Below, piece after piece: positions 11,988 to 23,924 of a DNA stretch of 64,000 nucleotides. The translations under genes were made by a program, and so were the position numbers. The stretch spans positions 1 to 64,000 of the forward strand of contig MU006025.1 in the NCBI GenBank assembly GCA_010093745.1. The letters are read 5' to 3'. The notes below the pieces were generated by a model that was not told where the DNA came from, ran no database searches, and was given only the letters and a program-made list of their open reading frames with translations. The stretch's first letter is position 1; every line of letters begins with the position of its first letter. Origin of the DNA: Piedraia hortae CBS 480.64. Lineage: Eukaryota.

Positions 11988-12737
11988 TTACTTATTACAG
12001 CTATCAACCGCTTTGCCTAGCTTGGTTATTACGGCGGCGGGGTCATCTGCGCCGAAGACTGCGCTGCCGGCTACGATGACGTTTGCGCCTGCGTTGGCGG
12101 CCGTGTCGACGGTTGACTCGGATAAGCCCCCATCAACTTCGATGTTGAGGTTTGGGTAGCGGGTGCGGAGGGATGAGACCTTGGGCATCATGTTCGCCAT
12201 GAATTTCTGGCCGCCGAAGCCGGGTTCGACCGTCATGATGAGGGCCATGTCGGGGACTTCGGATTTGGTTTCGTTGTCGAAGAGGTCGTAGAGGACTGAG
12301 ACGTCGGTTTGGGGTTTGATGGCCACGCCGGCTTTCATGCCCAGGGAGTGGATGTATCTGACAATTTCCCTGGGGCTGGTTTTTTGGTCGGTTTTTTCTT
12401 CCGGGGATTCGGCTGCCGTGGAGTTTATGGCTGCTTCGTAGTGGAAGCAGTATAGATCGCAACCGGCTTTTTGGAAATCTTTGACCCATTTCTTAGGCTC
12501 GGCGATCATCATGTGGCAGTCAAATGTGCCTTTGCCGAATGGTTCGGTAGGACGGGTTACGTGGGGTCGAATTTTGGCTACGACGGGGGCGCCAAAGGTC
12601 ATGTTGGGCACGAAATGCCCGTCCATGATGTCTACGTGCAGCCAGTCGGCGCCGCGCGAGATCGTGTCGGCGCATTCTTTCCCCAGGACGGCAAAGTCGG
12701 CGCTCAGGATCGACGGGGCGATGATCGGTCGAGGCAT
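11988..12737 (-). CDS. RPE1: Ribulose-phosphate 3-epimerase
   Basis: [41 protein letters not shown] and VAGSAVF motifs. Confidence 0.98.
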   Translation of the reverse strand: MPRPIIAPSILSADFAVLGKECADTISRGADWLHVDIMDGHFVPNMTFGAPVVAKIRPHVTRPTEPFGKGTFDCHMMIAEPKKWVKDFQKAGCDLYCFHYEAAINSTAAESPEEKTDQKTSPREIVRYIHSLGMKAGVAIKPQTDVSVLYDLFDNETKSEVPDMALIMTVEPGFGGQKFMANMMPKVSSLRTRYPNLNIEVDGGLSESTVDTAANAGANVIVAGSAVFGADDPAAVITKLGKAVDSCNK

Positions 12738-13260
12738 GGTGGTGAAGACGTTGACGGGGCTATTAATAGAGGTAGGTTATCAGAATGACTGTGGCGCGAA
12801 CATGTGGGGTGAAGAAGGCAGACGCTTGACCTCCGACTCCACTGCCTTCAGCACCGTGGCAAGGTAGCAAGCAATGGCGGTAGGCGAATGAAGCCTCGGC
12901 GTAGACATCTCTCGGCAGAGCACTGATAAGCTCCAAGCCCGAAGGCAAACATGGCTCTCTGAGAAGCTGACGCAGGTGGCAGTACTGCCCGCGGTATGCT
13001 ATCGAGACGGTGTCCTACCATGACACAGAACATTGACAGTTGCGCCGTATGAACAAGCGTGGCGTTGCAGCTACGTCCTTCTAATCGAAACGTCTCAACA
13101 AGTGAAGGCCATGTTGGTGCAGCGTAAACTGTCAAAGTATATCATAACGGGCATCGCCAGCCTTGTTGTCACACCTTATACATCCCAAAATGGCAATGCA
13201 GCCAGGATGTGCCGCCCGTGCATGTAGAAAAGCATCCTCTTGTCCTAGGCTGGATTAGAG

Positions 13261-14176
13261 ATGATGATTGTCGTACTCCTTTCCCCCGCCCTTCCCTTGG
13301 TCGCGGCTCAGATTTGCTACAACCCAGACTTGTCCCATGCCAGCGATCAGTACCCTTGTTCCAGCCAAGGCGGCAATTGCTGTCCATTGGGATATGTCTG
13401 CCTCAGCAGTGGTCTATGCCATTCGCCATCAGACGATACCTACGGTAAGGCCTCTTGAGAGTCTCAAGACACAACTGCTGATAGCCAAGGTCGATTTGGA
13501 TGCACCAATACCAACTGGACTGGCTGCTTAGAACCGTGTACAACTGTAGGCGGCCACCCAGACTCGGCTCCACAGCACATATTGCACTGTAGCAACTACT
13601 CTGCCGATGCCTGGTGTTGTAAGCACAGTCCAGTCTCGTCGGATTTCAAGCTGACATGTCCAAGGTAACGTCAACAATGATCCTCGACAACCATGCTGTA
13701 AGAAGAAAGACATATCGTGGTTCGTGTTAAAGTCGCCCGGCAAGGCTTTGACAACCATAGGAGGAGAATCCGTGGCCACATCAAGCGCCGGGTCCCTCCA
13801 CTCTTCCAGCTCCACCCGCATTCCTTCGTCCACACCCGGCCTTGGGAAACACTCGAATCACAAGTCAATTATTATCGGCACAGTGATAGGACTGCTGTCA
13901 GCTCTCCTCATCATTGCACTGTTGTCGTTTTGCTACTGGCGACGGAGAAGGCTTTTTGGTCGAGGAGTTCGGCTCGGGAACCAACGCGGCATTAAGCTCA
14001 TGGAGAAGCACCACGCCGGCCATGTCTCTCCGAGCAGCTATACCCCTGAGCTAGACAGTCAGCCAATCACCAGCCCGACAAATACGTTCAACAGCGACAT
14101 GGAAGGCAGTACGGCTACCAATACACCTGTTACTACGCCGGTTGGGACGTTGAAGTGGACAACGGAGCCAAAGTGA
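13261..14176 (+). CDS. Type-I membrane protein with signal peptide, Cys-rich ectodomain, Ser/Thr linker, one TM helix and a cytoplasmic tail (Mid2-like architecture); introns about 13445-13489 and 13619-13664
   Basis: CYNPD..PC..CC..G..CLSSGLC..GRFGCTNTNW..C..PC..C..WCC..CC, then IIIGTVIGLLSALLIIALLSFCYWRRRR; the introns have GTAAG donors and GCTGA branch sites. Confidence 0.8.
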
Positions 14177-14530
14177 GCAATGTAATCTTAATCTATAGGC
14201 GGGTTTCAAGCTAAATTTTCGACTTGGCGCCAAGACGGACACGGAGACATGTCACGGTGGACAATGTATTCGCTGCGACATAGGATGGCCGCTTCGACTT
14301 TCGCAGCGCAGCACGTTGCAGATGGACCAGCATCTGATTGGCTGCATACGCGCTGAGCGGAATCCTTGCCCAGATTTAACGCCAAATGTAAGCGCCTCGG
14401 GCTATCTTAAGAGTAAACCCCCCGCCTCTTTCTTTTCGCATACAACTCTTCGTTGACCGAAGCATTCGCTGAAGCATTCGTTGTCTTTTTTGTTGCTTTC
14501 TGACAGCCGCTGGCGGCTTTTACTGCAAAA

Positions 14531-16597
14531 ATGAACCCTCGTAATACCCTAATCGAAGATGCGCCGCAGGTATCTGTTCGTATGGCCTGTTTGGACAAGT
14601 TTCCGTCTCCTTCTACGGATGATTTCCCTACTCCAAGAGCCGCCGACGGGTTCAACGAGCTCTACGACGTCAGCGACTCGGAAAACGTGCCTATCAAGTT
14701 GTCGAATTCGGTCAAGAAGCATCTCCGCTCTCCAGTACCGTCGATTGCCATTCCTTCTCCAAGCAAATGGCCGACTATCGAGAAGTTGCGTGCGGGAGAG
14801 ATTGCTTCACCGCTCGTTGATGGGATTCTGCTCTCCCCCAACGTTCTCAAGCGGCTTCATCAACCCATGCCTTCGCCTTCTGTGGCTCCTTCCCTCGACG
14901 GCAGTGCTACGTCTGAGGAACTTCTCTCGTCTAGCTGCCCGTCCACGCCGGAGCCGAACGAAAACGAAACCGGCCCAAATTGGGACCCTCCGGCAAGACT
15001 GGATCCTTCAGCCATATCCATATTGCAACGCATCAGCGGCGAGACCAGCCGCCCAAAGTCTGAAATGCGGCAGACAACCCGTCCCAGACTTAGCACGGAG
15101 GGGCTCTCCCACAAATACGACATCCCTTCGGCGCTTTCGGTGCCGTCACCACACACCTTTTTTGCTTCGTTGAAAGTCAAAGGCTGGGAACAAACACCAA
15201 CTACAACCGTTGCTTCTCAGTTCTATTCGCTTCCTTTTGCCAAATCCGAGCCTGATTTGCCTACTTCTACTGCGCTTTCTTTTTACAGCGTCCCATGGGC
15301 CAAGACTCCGGTCACAGCCAAACGCATCACCGAAGAGATTGACGAGACTTATGAGACCACGCTGAAGCAGACAGCCGAGGCGAATATCGAACGCACCCAG
15401 TCGTGGTTGCGCGCGCAGGATAGCTACATGCAGGCGCTCGTAGAGGAAGACCTTCCATCGGCGGAGAGGGCCGATGTCGATGTACCCCCGTCCCGCATCT
15501 CTCCCATCCATGACGGCACGTTCTGGGAGGGATGGCAACACATCAAACGGTCACAACGTGCGAGGGACGTGTTCCTGTCGCGCCAGGCAAGGGCAGATGC
15601 CCAACACGTGCGACGCACCAGTTGCAGCCAGCAGCACCGCCAGCAACTCCAAGGGTCGTTTAGCATCTCTAAGGCCAAGGAGCCAATGAATCTGACGGCT
15701 TTTGAGAGGGGCGTAACGCCGGATGAGTACGGTCTCAGCGTGGAAAAAGCCCGCAGACAGCAAGAGGCGTTTGAACAGATGGAGCCTTCGTCGTGGGCTG
15801 TGTCTGCGCAACGTACGGTGCAAGGAGGGAAACTACTTACCAGCCCCGTTGTGGAGTCGTTTCGACAGCGGGCCAACGTCTGTATCCTAGACGTCAACGG
15901 CCAAGTCAACTGCGGCTGGGCATGGGAAATCGCTGCTGACCATCCGCGAGCGAATGTCTTTACTACTGTCGGCTCCGACGCCGAGGCTCACGTCGCTGCA
16001 TCATCGATTGAAGGGCCACCCAACCACTTTGTCGCCGTTGCGAATCGGCCCTGGGAGCTACCTTTTTCCGACAACAGCTTCGACATCATCTCGGCACGCT
16101 CTCTCCACCGCGATCTCAAGACCACCCGTCCCGACGGCTACGCAGCAGACGAGTGGGATCTGTGTCTGCAGGAGTGTCGTCGGGTGCTGAAGCCGGGCGG
16201 GTACCTCGAGTTTAGCCTCTTAGATGCCGAGCTGTGCCACGCAGATCCCACGGGCCAGGCTATTGGCGTCGAGTTTGCCTTTGCGTTACGCACGCTGGGG
16301 TACGACGCCAACGCCGGACGCAGTTTCCTACCGCGGCTCAAACGCGCTGGCTTCACCGACATCAAACGCGCGTGGATGCTGTATCCCACGGCCGAGGCGA
16401 GTCTCATCGCCCGACGCGGTGGCCACGGCAGTACGGCAGATGTGCGCGCCATGACTGGTCTCGTCGGCGCGCGCATGTGGGAAGAATGGATGGTCAAACT
16501 AGAACGCGAAACGGGTAGAGACTGGCTAAAGGATGCTGCTAATGCCATGGAAGGAGGTGGAAATTGGCGGTGTCTTCTAGGCTGGGCGAAAAAGTAG
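14531..16597 (+). CDS. Fungal protein with a Ser/Pro-rich N-terminus and a C-terminal class I SAM-dependent methyltransferase-like domain
   Basis: 688-aa ORF with ILDVNG, LPFSDNSFDIISAR and ECRRVLKPGGYLEF motifs. Confidence 0.85.
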   Translation: MNPRNTLIEDAPQVSVRMACLDKFPSPSTDDFPTPRAADGFNELYDVSDSENVPIKLSNSVKKHLRSPVPSIAIPSPSKWPTIEKLRAGEIASPLVDGILLSPNVLKRLHQPMPSPSVAPSLDGSATSEELLSSSCPSTPEPNENETGPNWDPPARLDPSAISILQRISGETSRPKSEMRQTTRPRLSTEGLSHKYDIPSALSVPSPHTFFASLKVKGWEQTPTTTVASQFYSLPFAKSEPDLPTSTALSFYSVPWAKTPVTAKRITEEIDETYETTLKQTAEANIERTQSWLRAQDSYMQALVEEDLPSAERADVDVPPSRISPIHDGTFWEGWQHIKRSQRARDVFLSRQARADAQHVRRTSCSQQHRQQLQGSFSISKAKEPMNLTAFERGVTPDEYGLSVEKARRQQEAFEQMEPSSWAVSAQRTVQGGKLLTSPVVESFRQRANVCILDVNGQVNCGWAWEIAADHPRANVFTTVGSDAEAHVAASSIEGPPNHFVAVANRPWELPFSDNSFDIISARSLHRDLKTTRPDGYAADEWDLCLQECRRVLKPGGYLEFSLLDAELCHADPTGQAIGVEFAFALRTLGYDANAGRSFLPRLKRAGFTDIKRAWMLYPTAEASLIARRGGHGSTADVRAMTGLVGARMWEEWMVKLERETGRDWLKDAANAMEGGGNWRCLLGWAKK

Positions 16598-17104
16598 ATT
16601 ATGTGTATGTAAAAGGCTGTACATATTCTACGAGATCTCAGCCGCATCAGCCGCATCAGCCGCAAACTCTTGTGGTGACACTTTTGAGCTTTCCCCAAGC
16701 GGACGATGTGACTGTTTGCACGCCAAACGCCTGTTGCCTCGCCTTGCATGACTGCATTGCATGACCCCCACTTCCCAAAACTTTGTGTTCGCTCAGCGTT
16801 TGGCCCCTCACGTTAATATTTTTTTTTGTTTCCCCCCCCGTCTCTGGAACCAACCGTATTTGCGCCAGCGAATTTTACATTTGTTTGCCGTCCTTGGTTT
16901 TTAATATGGTTTTACGCCCCCGTGACGCCCCGCTGTGATGAGCCCCGCCATTGTGCGCTTTGCTTATTTCCCCCTCCTTCCCCATAATCCGTACCTGTGT
17001 CTGTGTTCCCCTCGGGGAGTAAGGCTGCTATGTTCCTGTCTGCAACCTTACTTTGACATTCCATACTTTCTTAACCCCAACGCACCCACCACAGCATCCA
17101 GATA

Positions 17105-17812
17105 ATGGAAATCACACCCACACAATATCTCTCCCTTCCCCCCGCCATCCAAAAGAAATGTTTCTCCCAATTTGAGCGAGCCAAAATCGCTGAAGCTGCC
17201 CTATCATCATCCTCCCCCTCACCAAGAGAAAGCTCAGAAAGCTCCCACTCAAAATGGCACCGCTTCTCACGCAAACACGATCGCGAATTTATCATTCCCA
17301 CCCCACCGCCACCTGTACAATCACGAAGAGTTTCGACCACGGAGAGGAGGACTTCAACCACAGCTAAATTCTCCCTTCGGGATTTGGTACCCATCCGTCT
17401 CCCGCCTGTTACGCTCTTCCCCGCGCCAGAAGGGTGTGAACAGGAATATACAAACGACAACGACGACGACGACGAAGAAGAAGAAGAAGAAGAAGAAAAA
17501 GGATTGTACGAATCAGAGTACTCCTCCTCCGAAGACGAAGGGCCAGCTACGCCGGGTGATGCCTCCCCCGTGGACCACTACCATGACGATGGGACGACAC
17601 TGCACTCGTTTCGCACGGGTTCGACTACTTCGTACGAAGGAGGAACGCTCCGCGGCTCGTCGGATCCGCTCGCGCTTGAGCCGTTACCAGAGTTTGAGGG
17701 GGATGTCTCCGGGCAACATGGGGTTTTTGCAAAGGAACAGAAGAGGAGGGAATTGAGGGGTAGGTGTTGGGGGGAGTATCCCCCGCCGGTGAGGTTTTGG
17801 AAGGGGAGGTAG
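17105..17812 (+). CDS. Hypothetical low-complexity protein with an acidic D/E tract
   Basis: 235-aa ATG ORF with the N-terminal motif YLSLPPAIQKKCFSQFER; in-frame GAC/GAA microsatellite. Confidence 0.7.
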   Translation: MEITPTQYLSLPPAIQKKCFSQFERAKIAEAALSSSSPSPRESSESSHSKWHRFSRKHDREFIIPTPPPPVQSRRVSTTERRTSTTAKFSLRDLVPIRLPPVTLFPAPEGCEQEYTNDNDDDDEEEEEEEEKGLYESEYSSSEDEGPATPGDASPVDHYHDDGTTLHSFRTGSTTSYEGGTLRGSSDPLALEPLPEFEGDVSGQHGVFAKEQKRRELRGRCWGEYPPPVRFWKGR

Positions 17813-17871
17813 GACCGTGGAGTTTATGGGAGGGGTGTATTATTATGAATGGGATGATGATGATGTGACTT

Positions 17872-18740
17872 CTAAGCCGTATCGGGATTCTCTGCTGCTG
17901 ACTGCTCAGCTGCGATTGTGTCGGACTTAGCCTCACAGCTTTTCGTCAATGCTGGGTCTGTAGACTCGGTTTTCGCGGCCTCCTCGCTCCTAGTCGTCGT
18001 ACTTTCCTCCCCGCTCTTGGAAGTCATACCCGGTAACGGCACTCCAGCGACTTTCGTCCCCTCAACACCCTTCCCTTCGGTGGCTTTACTCTCACACCCC
18101 GCAGGTGTACCTCCAGAGACTGTAGTGCTCTTCCCTGCTCCCAATGATCTCCCCACCTCTGACCCCAAAGGCGGTGCAGTCGAAACACCCACCTGCGCCC
18201 CCTCGGGCACAGCCGCTTTATTACTCATCGGATCGACGTTTTCTTTGAGTTCGCCGAATTCGTTCCATTCTTCGATTTGTTCGAGGTCCTGGGTTTGTTA
18301 GTCTATCATCGAAGAGGTTGGCAGGGAGGGTTGAGTGGGTGGAAAGACAGAGACACATCCACCTAGCCCCATCCAGTCCCCAGGCATTTTTGGAGCGAGA
18401 GGATGTGCGACTGAGAGAATGTGAGCAAGCACACCCGCTTTATCCATCCCATCCAGCGAAGCATCAACAGCGAAGCATCTCTCCCCTTACCCCATGAACA
18501 ACTCACCCCAAGAATATACCCCTCCCTCACCAAAACAGGCAACTTCCTCCCCTGTGCCCTCCTCTGAAACAATTTTTTGGCCCGCTCATCCGTCGCGGTA
18601 TCGACCGCTACAAAGGGAATCTTATTCGCGCGGAGGATTGTTTCGATTCGGGAGGTGGCTGTTACGATGTGCGAAGAGCCGGCGGTTAATGAGGTGTAGA
18701 GGAAGAGGCGCGGGTCGGATTCTAACACGGAGAGGTCCAT
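17872..18740 (-). CDS. Thioredoxin/glutaredoxin-fold (SH3BGR-like) protein; intron 18289-18506
   Basis: SDPRLFLYTSLTAGSSHIVTATSRIETILRANKIPF..LPVLVREGYILG|DLEQIEEWNEFGELKE; the intron joins the ORFs in frame. Confidence 0.85.
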
Positions 18741-21710
18741 TGTTGAGACGCTTCGCGGGAGGAGGGTCGCTGCGCGAGAGGTGGGGTGCGGGGGAATGGG
18801 TGGGGTGGGGTGGGGTTTATCAGATAGCGCGCGCGTGGGGTTCATCTAGGATGGGGAGGGATTGTGATTCAGGCGGGGAAGGGCGTGGGGTTCTGTGATT
18901 GTTTTTAAGTCGTTATGTCTGCTCTTCCCGAGTGGGGGTATGGTGAAGGTGCCCGATTGATTGCGTGAGGAGGATGGCTGCCGGACGGTATTGTGAAGCA
19001 AACGCTTGACGTGAAGATGTCAGCAGACTTTCTTGTCTATTCGCTCCTGAGTGAGGCATGCTCCTGCGCTTTAGGATGCTCATCATGGATAATGTACCTT
19101 TGTCGGGTTGATGGACAAGATGCCCTTAGGTCGCTGGTTTCCTCCAAACGCCTGGCAAGCGAGTTGTCTGGTTGCTTGTGACTCTTTGCTCGAGCTGGAA
19201 ATGCCTTTTTCTGGTCCAGGTTTTCAACATGATGGCAAGCTTCTACACGAGATACTCAGAAATGGAGGATCTTTGTGAGCACTTGGCAAGGAAATCTCCT
19301 CCTTATCTGCTTCTGGCTGTATTAAGGCTGGCTGCTTGCGGAGATGCTCGGTCCTAGGCGCTCGTACTGACTGGCTGGACAACTTTCTCGAAGGTCGTTA
19401 GTTTCTGTACAAGCTTGGCGGGAAAATTCTCTCGTTATCTGTCTGAGGTCGCCAGTTTATTGTGGAAACTGGGCGAACAAACTCAATCGTTACTCTCTTG
19501 TAGCTGTTCGCTCGAGTTCAGCAAGCCTGCTGCAGCTGGTTGTTATACTGTTCATGAAAGCGGTATCGATCACTCAGAGGATTTTAAGTGAAGACTTGGC
19601 AAATCCTAGTCCAGATCCTGGACTCTGGTCGCCCATGAATGGCCGGCTTGATTAAGTTACTCGACAAAATACCCAGGGATCGCTGGTTCCTGATAAAGCT
19701 TACTGCCCCTGCGCTCTAGGCTGCTCGCGATAGCTACGTATGTCAAAGTACTGGGCAAGGTTTTCAGAGGTCGCTGGTTTCCTGCAAGAGCCTGGCGGGC
19801 AAGCGCTCTCGTTCCTCGCTTGTGACGGTTTGCTCGATCTTGAAAAGCTTGCTGCTCCAGCACGACCAGGTCAAAATGCCGAACTCAGACCACTCACAAT
19901 GGCTGGCTTTACCAAACCCATGGACGATAAACCCAAACTGCGCTGACTTCGTTTGACTGTCCCTGCTCCACCGAATAGAAACTTCCACGACTAGGTTTGA
20001 AGCTATCACAAGACAAATGAGGAGAATTTTCAACAGCGCTACAGCTAATTCTCGCGAAACTTCCTTCTATACTGCGAAACGGCAGCAGAGTCCATAACTG
20101 ACGACACTGGAGATGCGAATCGTAAAATTCTGTCATATATCTGAGAAAATGACATGCCATCCTTACACCAACCCATGAGTCGGTCCCAACTTCTATCTTT
20201 GAACCGCAAAATCCCAAACAACACCTGGTTCACAATTTCCTCCACGGCGACTTTCGTTGTCGTGACTTCTTCCAGTTCTCAGTCAAATCACAAGAAGTTC
20301 CTCTCTTCCATGGAGAGGTGAAATAGGCGTCTTCGTAGGGAAGACACGGACAACCCCCTCTCCGATGACTAACAGCGAGTGGTACGTGAACCATTATCGA
20401 GGCATTGAAGAAGGTGAACTAGATAGAATATTCAGCACAACACGGTCCTGCCTTTTAATGTAATCCTCCGCTTTGTCAACCTATATGCTTGCTTCTTTTC
20501 ATTGGGCAGCTAGCTCTGTCTAAAGGCCATTGCGCCTATTTAATCAGGCATGGGCCTGCATTTCACAGTGATTGGAGCAGCGATGAGATGGCTAGACTTG
20601 GGAGTGGGCATCGCACTTTCGTTCACGATAACCTATTAACTCGTTGGCACTGGTTGCTCAGCATGCATTAGGCGAGCTGGTAACTGACGACAACCTGAAC
20701 TAGGCTGTAGCGTTAGTTTTGATCAGCACCACTCGAATGTGGCTAACCATATCAGGCCAAGTGGGCACCTTGTGAAGCCTTCTTCTGGGGAATTCGTTGT
20801 TAATGCCTCTAGAACGGTGGACTCTGTTCGGCCTAGCATACTTCAAGCATGTATCAAGGGAGAAAGTGGAGACTTTCTCAGTCCAAAAGGCCACGACAGT
20901 ACAGGGAAGCGGCGAGCCGTGCCCAATCAGCGACAAATAATCAAGATAATAGCCTAAGCGAGATGACGAGCAAGCTTGGATCGTACTCACAAGTCCACTT
21001 CCTAGCAGGACTCTTATCGTATACCAAGCACTAGACACAGCGCAAGTCCTCAAGTCCAGAGGTACTCTACACGCAGATAGTTACTAAGTGCATCGGAGAC
21101 ATCTGTTCTCACGCCCATCCGAAGAGGTATCATTTGACATTTTCAGGTCAGTGAAATACATCGCAAAATTCTTGACATCCTTCGCAAGTCGGGCGAGCAC
21201 TCTCTCAATTTACGATTGGCATGTATCAGACAGTAATAAAGGGGTGACTAATACGTGAACGAACCACACAAAATAACTAGCCATGGACGACTGAGTTTAA
21301 CGGTAGCCGCACTATAAAAATGATCATCATCGTAGAATGGGGGGGGAGGGGGGGGGGGCGACAACAACGACACGGTCGCAGACAAAAACTATCAAAGTGT
21401 TTGATTTTCTGAAGCGTTGTTTGTGGTGTTTGGCTGAACCCTTTATCTGTTCAGTAGATGGCCTCAGAATGCACGGGTGCCGTCATCATCTGGGGGACAT
21501 CAGTCCAAATTGTCATCATTTTATCGCTTCATACAGTAATAGCCCTCCGTTGAGGGTACTAGAAATGCTAAAAGATATCGTCTACGAATCTTGAAGCCTC
21601 TCCGCTTGCGTTGTTGCGCAGCAGACGCGTTGATAACGTGTAGCAATGTAAGTCATGACTCAGGGAACTTTCTAGATGAATACATTTGATTCTATGAAGC
21701 TGAAGCTGCT

Positions 21711-21853
21711 TGCTCTAATAAGCAGCGGCACCTCACAGGTGTGTCCGTATATCCGCGTATCTAGAGCTACACAAGAAAATTTTTGAGTACCCGAACCCTG
21801 GTCAGGGATGTAGGTCATCACCTGCGCATCGCTCCGCGGCGACCTGCACAACA
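21711..21853. mobile_element. Solo LTR, family C (143 bp)
   Basis: TG..CA ends; flanks CTGCT/CTGTT; colinear with 60691-60833 (20 substitutions in 143 nt by manual comparison). Confidence 0.85.
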
Positions 21854-23547
21854 CTGTTGAATATTGTCGAGTCACGTCCCACTACGTACCACTGCAGTTC
21901 AAGGGACAGGTCGGATGCCAGAACTAGGATCTTAAGGAAAAGGCTGGACTGCCGGAAGAGCTCGATGGTGGGGTTCGTCGCGTTTGGGAGGGAGGGAGAG
22001 GGGAAGGAAGGGGAGAGGAGGGGAGGGGGGAGCAATAGAAGGTGGACGAAATGGTATTGCCAGCAAGCAATTGGGCGAGCGTCTCGACGAGCATGGTATC
22101 GTGCAACTCCGTCATGTTCGTGAACAAGATATTGCAATTGGTCAGTCAGTTCAGCATGCCCAACATCCGCTTGATGAACGTACGTAACGAGCGCCTTGGT
22201 GAAAGCTGCCAACTGTGGGCTTGTCATTGCAGGATAGACTGCGGCAATTGATGCGCGCCAAGAGACTGATTGTGATGGGCAAGGGACGCTGACGGTAATC
22301 TGATGCGTTGAGGTCGCCATGCTGTGACGGATGAAAGCGAGGGGCAAAGTCGGGACAGGATGACCCTGTGAAGCTACGACAAGAGAACGGCATCAGCAAC
22401 CTGGTACACCTTCTACAAGTACCGGGCGCTGATGCCGTTCATCTCTGCCTATATGTGGTCGGTCGTTTTGATCACAACACCCCTTGGCATCCTTGGGGAG
22501 CATTGGAATGGCTTCGCGGAGGGAGACCAACTTGAAAGCTTGGCGGCTAAAATGGCACATCTTGGAAGCTGGGGAGACGGTCGGGGGGCGATTCGGAGGC
22601 CAAGATGGTGTTCCATCCCTTGGCGGCAGAGCCGGTCAGCGAGGCTGCAGAGTTAAGCCACTGGTGCAGTATCGTTTTGGGAGTATTGTGTCCGCTGTGT
22701 CCTGTTAGCAGAGTCGAGCAAGCCAATATTATCGCGTACTTACAAGGTGCAATCATCTCAGGACTGTTGTTGAGAAGTATCAGTGCCATGCCTCGGCCTG
22801 ATAACAAAGAATGTACAAAGAAAAACCCTGTATAGCAGAATGCTCAAAGAGCATTATTAAGAAGACAGTGGCGCAATGGAGTGATATTTGAGACTGTCTG
22901 AACAAACAAGCTACTGGTATATAAGCTCGCTGCTGAACATCAGAGAGAAAAACTATGTTAAAAACTCAACCTTCAGAACGATTACGCTACGCAACAGCTG
23001 TATTCCAACAAGGACAAGGAACTGCAAGAAGCATGATCATCTCCTTTCCTCCCTGCCGCAACTTCACCCTGTCGATCGACTCATTTCTCTGAGGTGAAGC
23101 GCTCCGAGCTCATGACTATGGGAACGGAGTAATGCGAGTATGGCGAATGGGTTGTCTGTGTGATACTGTGGCTGCCAGTAACTATGATGGGGTGAAAACC
23201 CGGTGGAGACTGGTGTGCCAAGATCGCCCCAAATTCCAGTACGAGCCGAACCTCATTCAACTTGACCACGTCATGCAGCATGAGGGCACGGCGCAGGCGC
23301 GCAGAGACGAACACACGCATCAAGCATGCCTCAATGAATTGCAAAAGGAGCACTGTGCGCGACTGGTACAGCAGGAGTGGGAGGTGCCAAGGTGTTGACG
23401 AACCCACCTGCTGGTGGAAAACACATAACTTGCTGGCTGAACATGGGGCAGAGGTTTCGGCTGGCGTTCACTGTACGAAGAATCCGATGCAGCACGCATG
23501 TGGTCCGATTGTAATTTTAATATTGCACATGTTCCCAAGGAATTGAG

Positions 23548-23924
23548 TGAAAAAGACAGATAGTATGTATGAGTGAGAACGATGGATGGAAAGTAGAGAT
23601 GTGTTTTTATGAGTGAATACAAGTATCTCTTCGAGGGAACATCAGAGAATATATTCTGGGCTGGAAGGCCCGTGCGTAACCTCGTATGAAGAGTCATCAA
23701 TTGTATGACCATAAGCAAGTGGTCATACATGCAGTAAGACTGTCAGCATGCATTATTACTCCATGACTCACCTCATAACAGTAGCAGGGCGCATTCACCA
23801 TGTCGCATGCGACATGACCCTGAGGGAAACCTCTGTGAGGACAAAACCTAGGGTGCAGCTGCTGGTGTAAGAGGCTTCGCGCAGTGGCATCGTACACTGA
23901 TCGCAACGAGACTTCATGCCAACA
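23548..23924. mobile_element. Solo LTR, divergent family A copy carrying an internal insertion of about 89 bp
   Basis: TG..CA ends, perfect TSD TTGAG; shares the GCAGGGCGCATTCACCATGTC..GAGGGAAA..GTGCAGCTG segment with 29912-30263. Confidence 0.8.

Noticed and set aside
16138..16749. Long antisense ORFs over this and other GC-rich genes (also DNM1, NOC4, AMD1)
   Set aside because: These are shadow frames expected from the codon bias of the real genes
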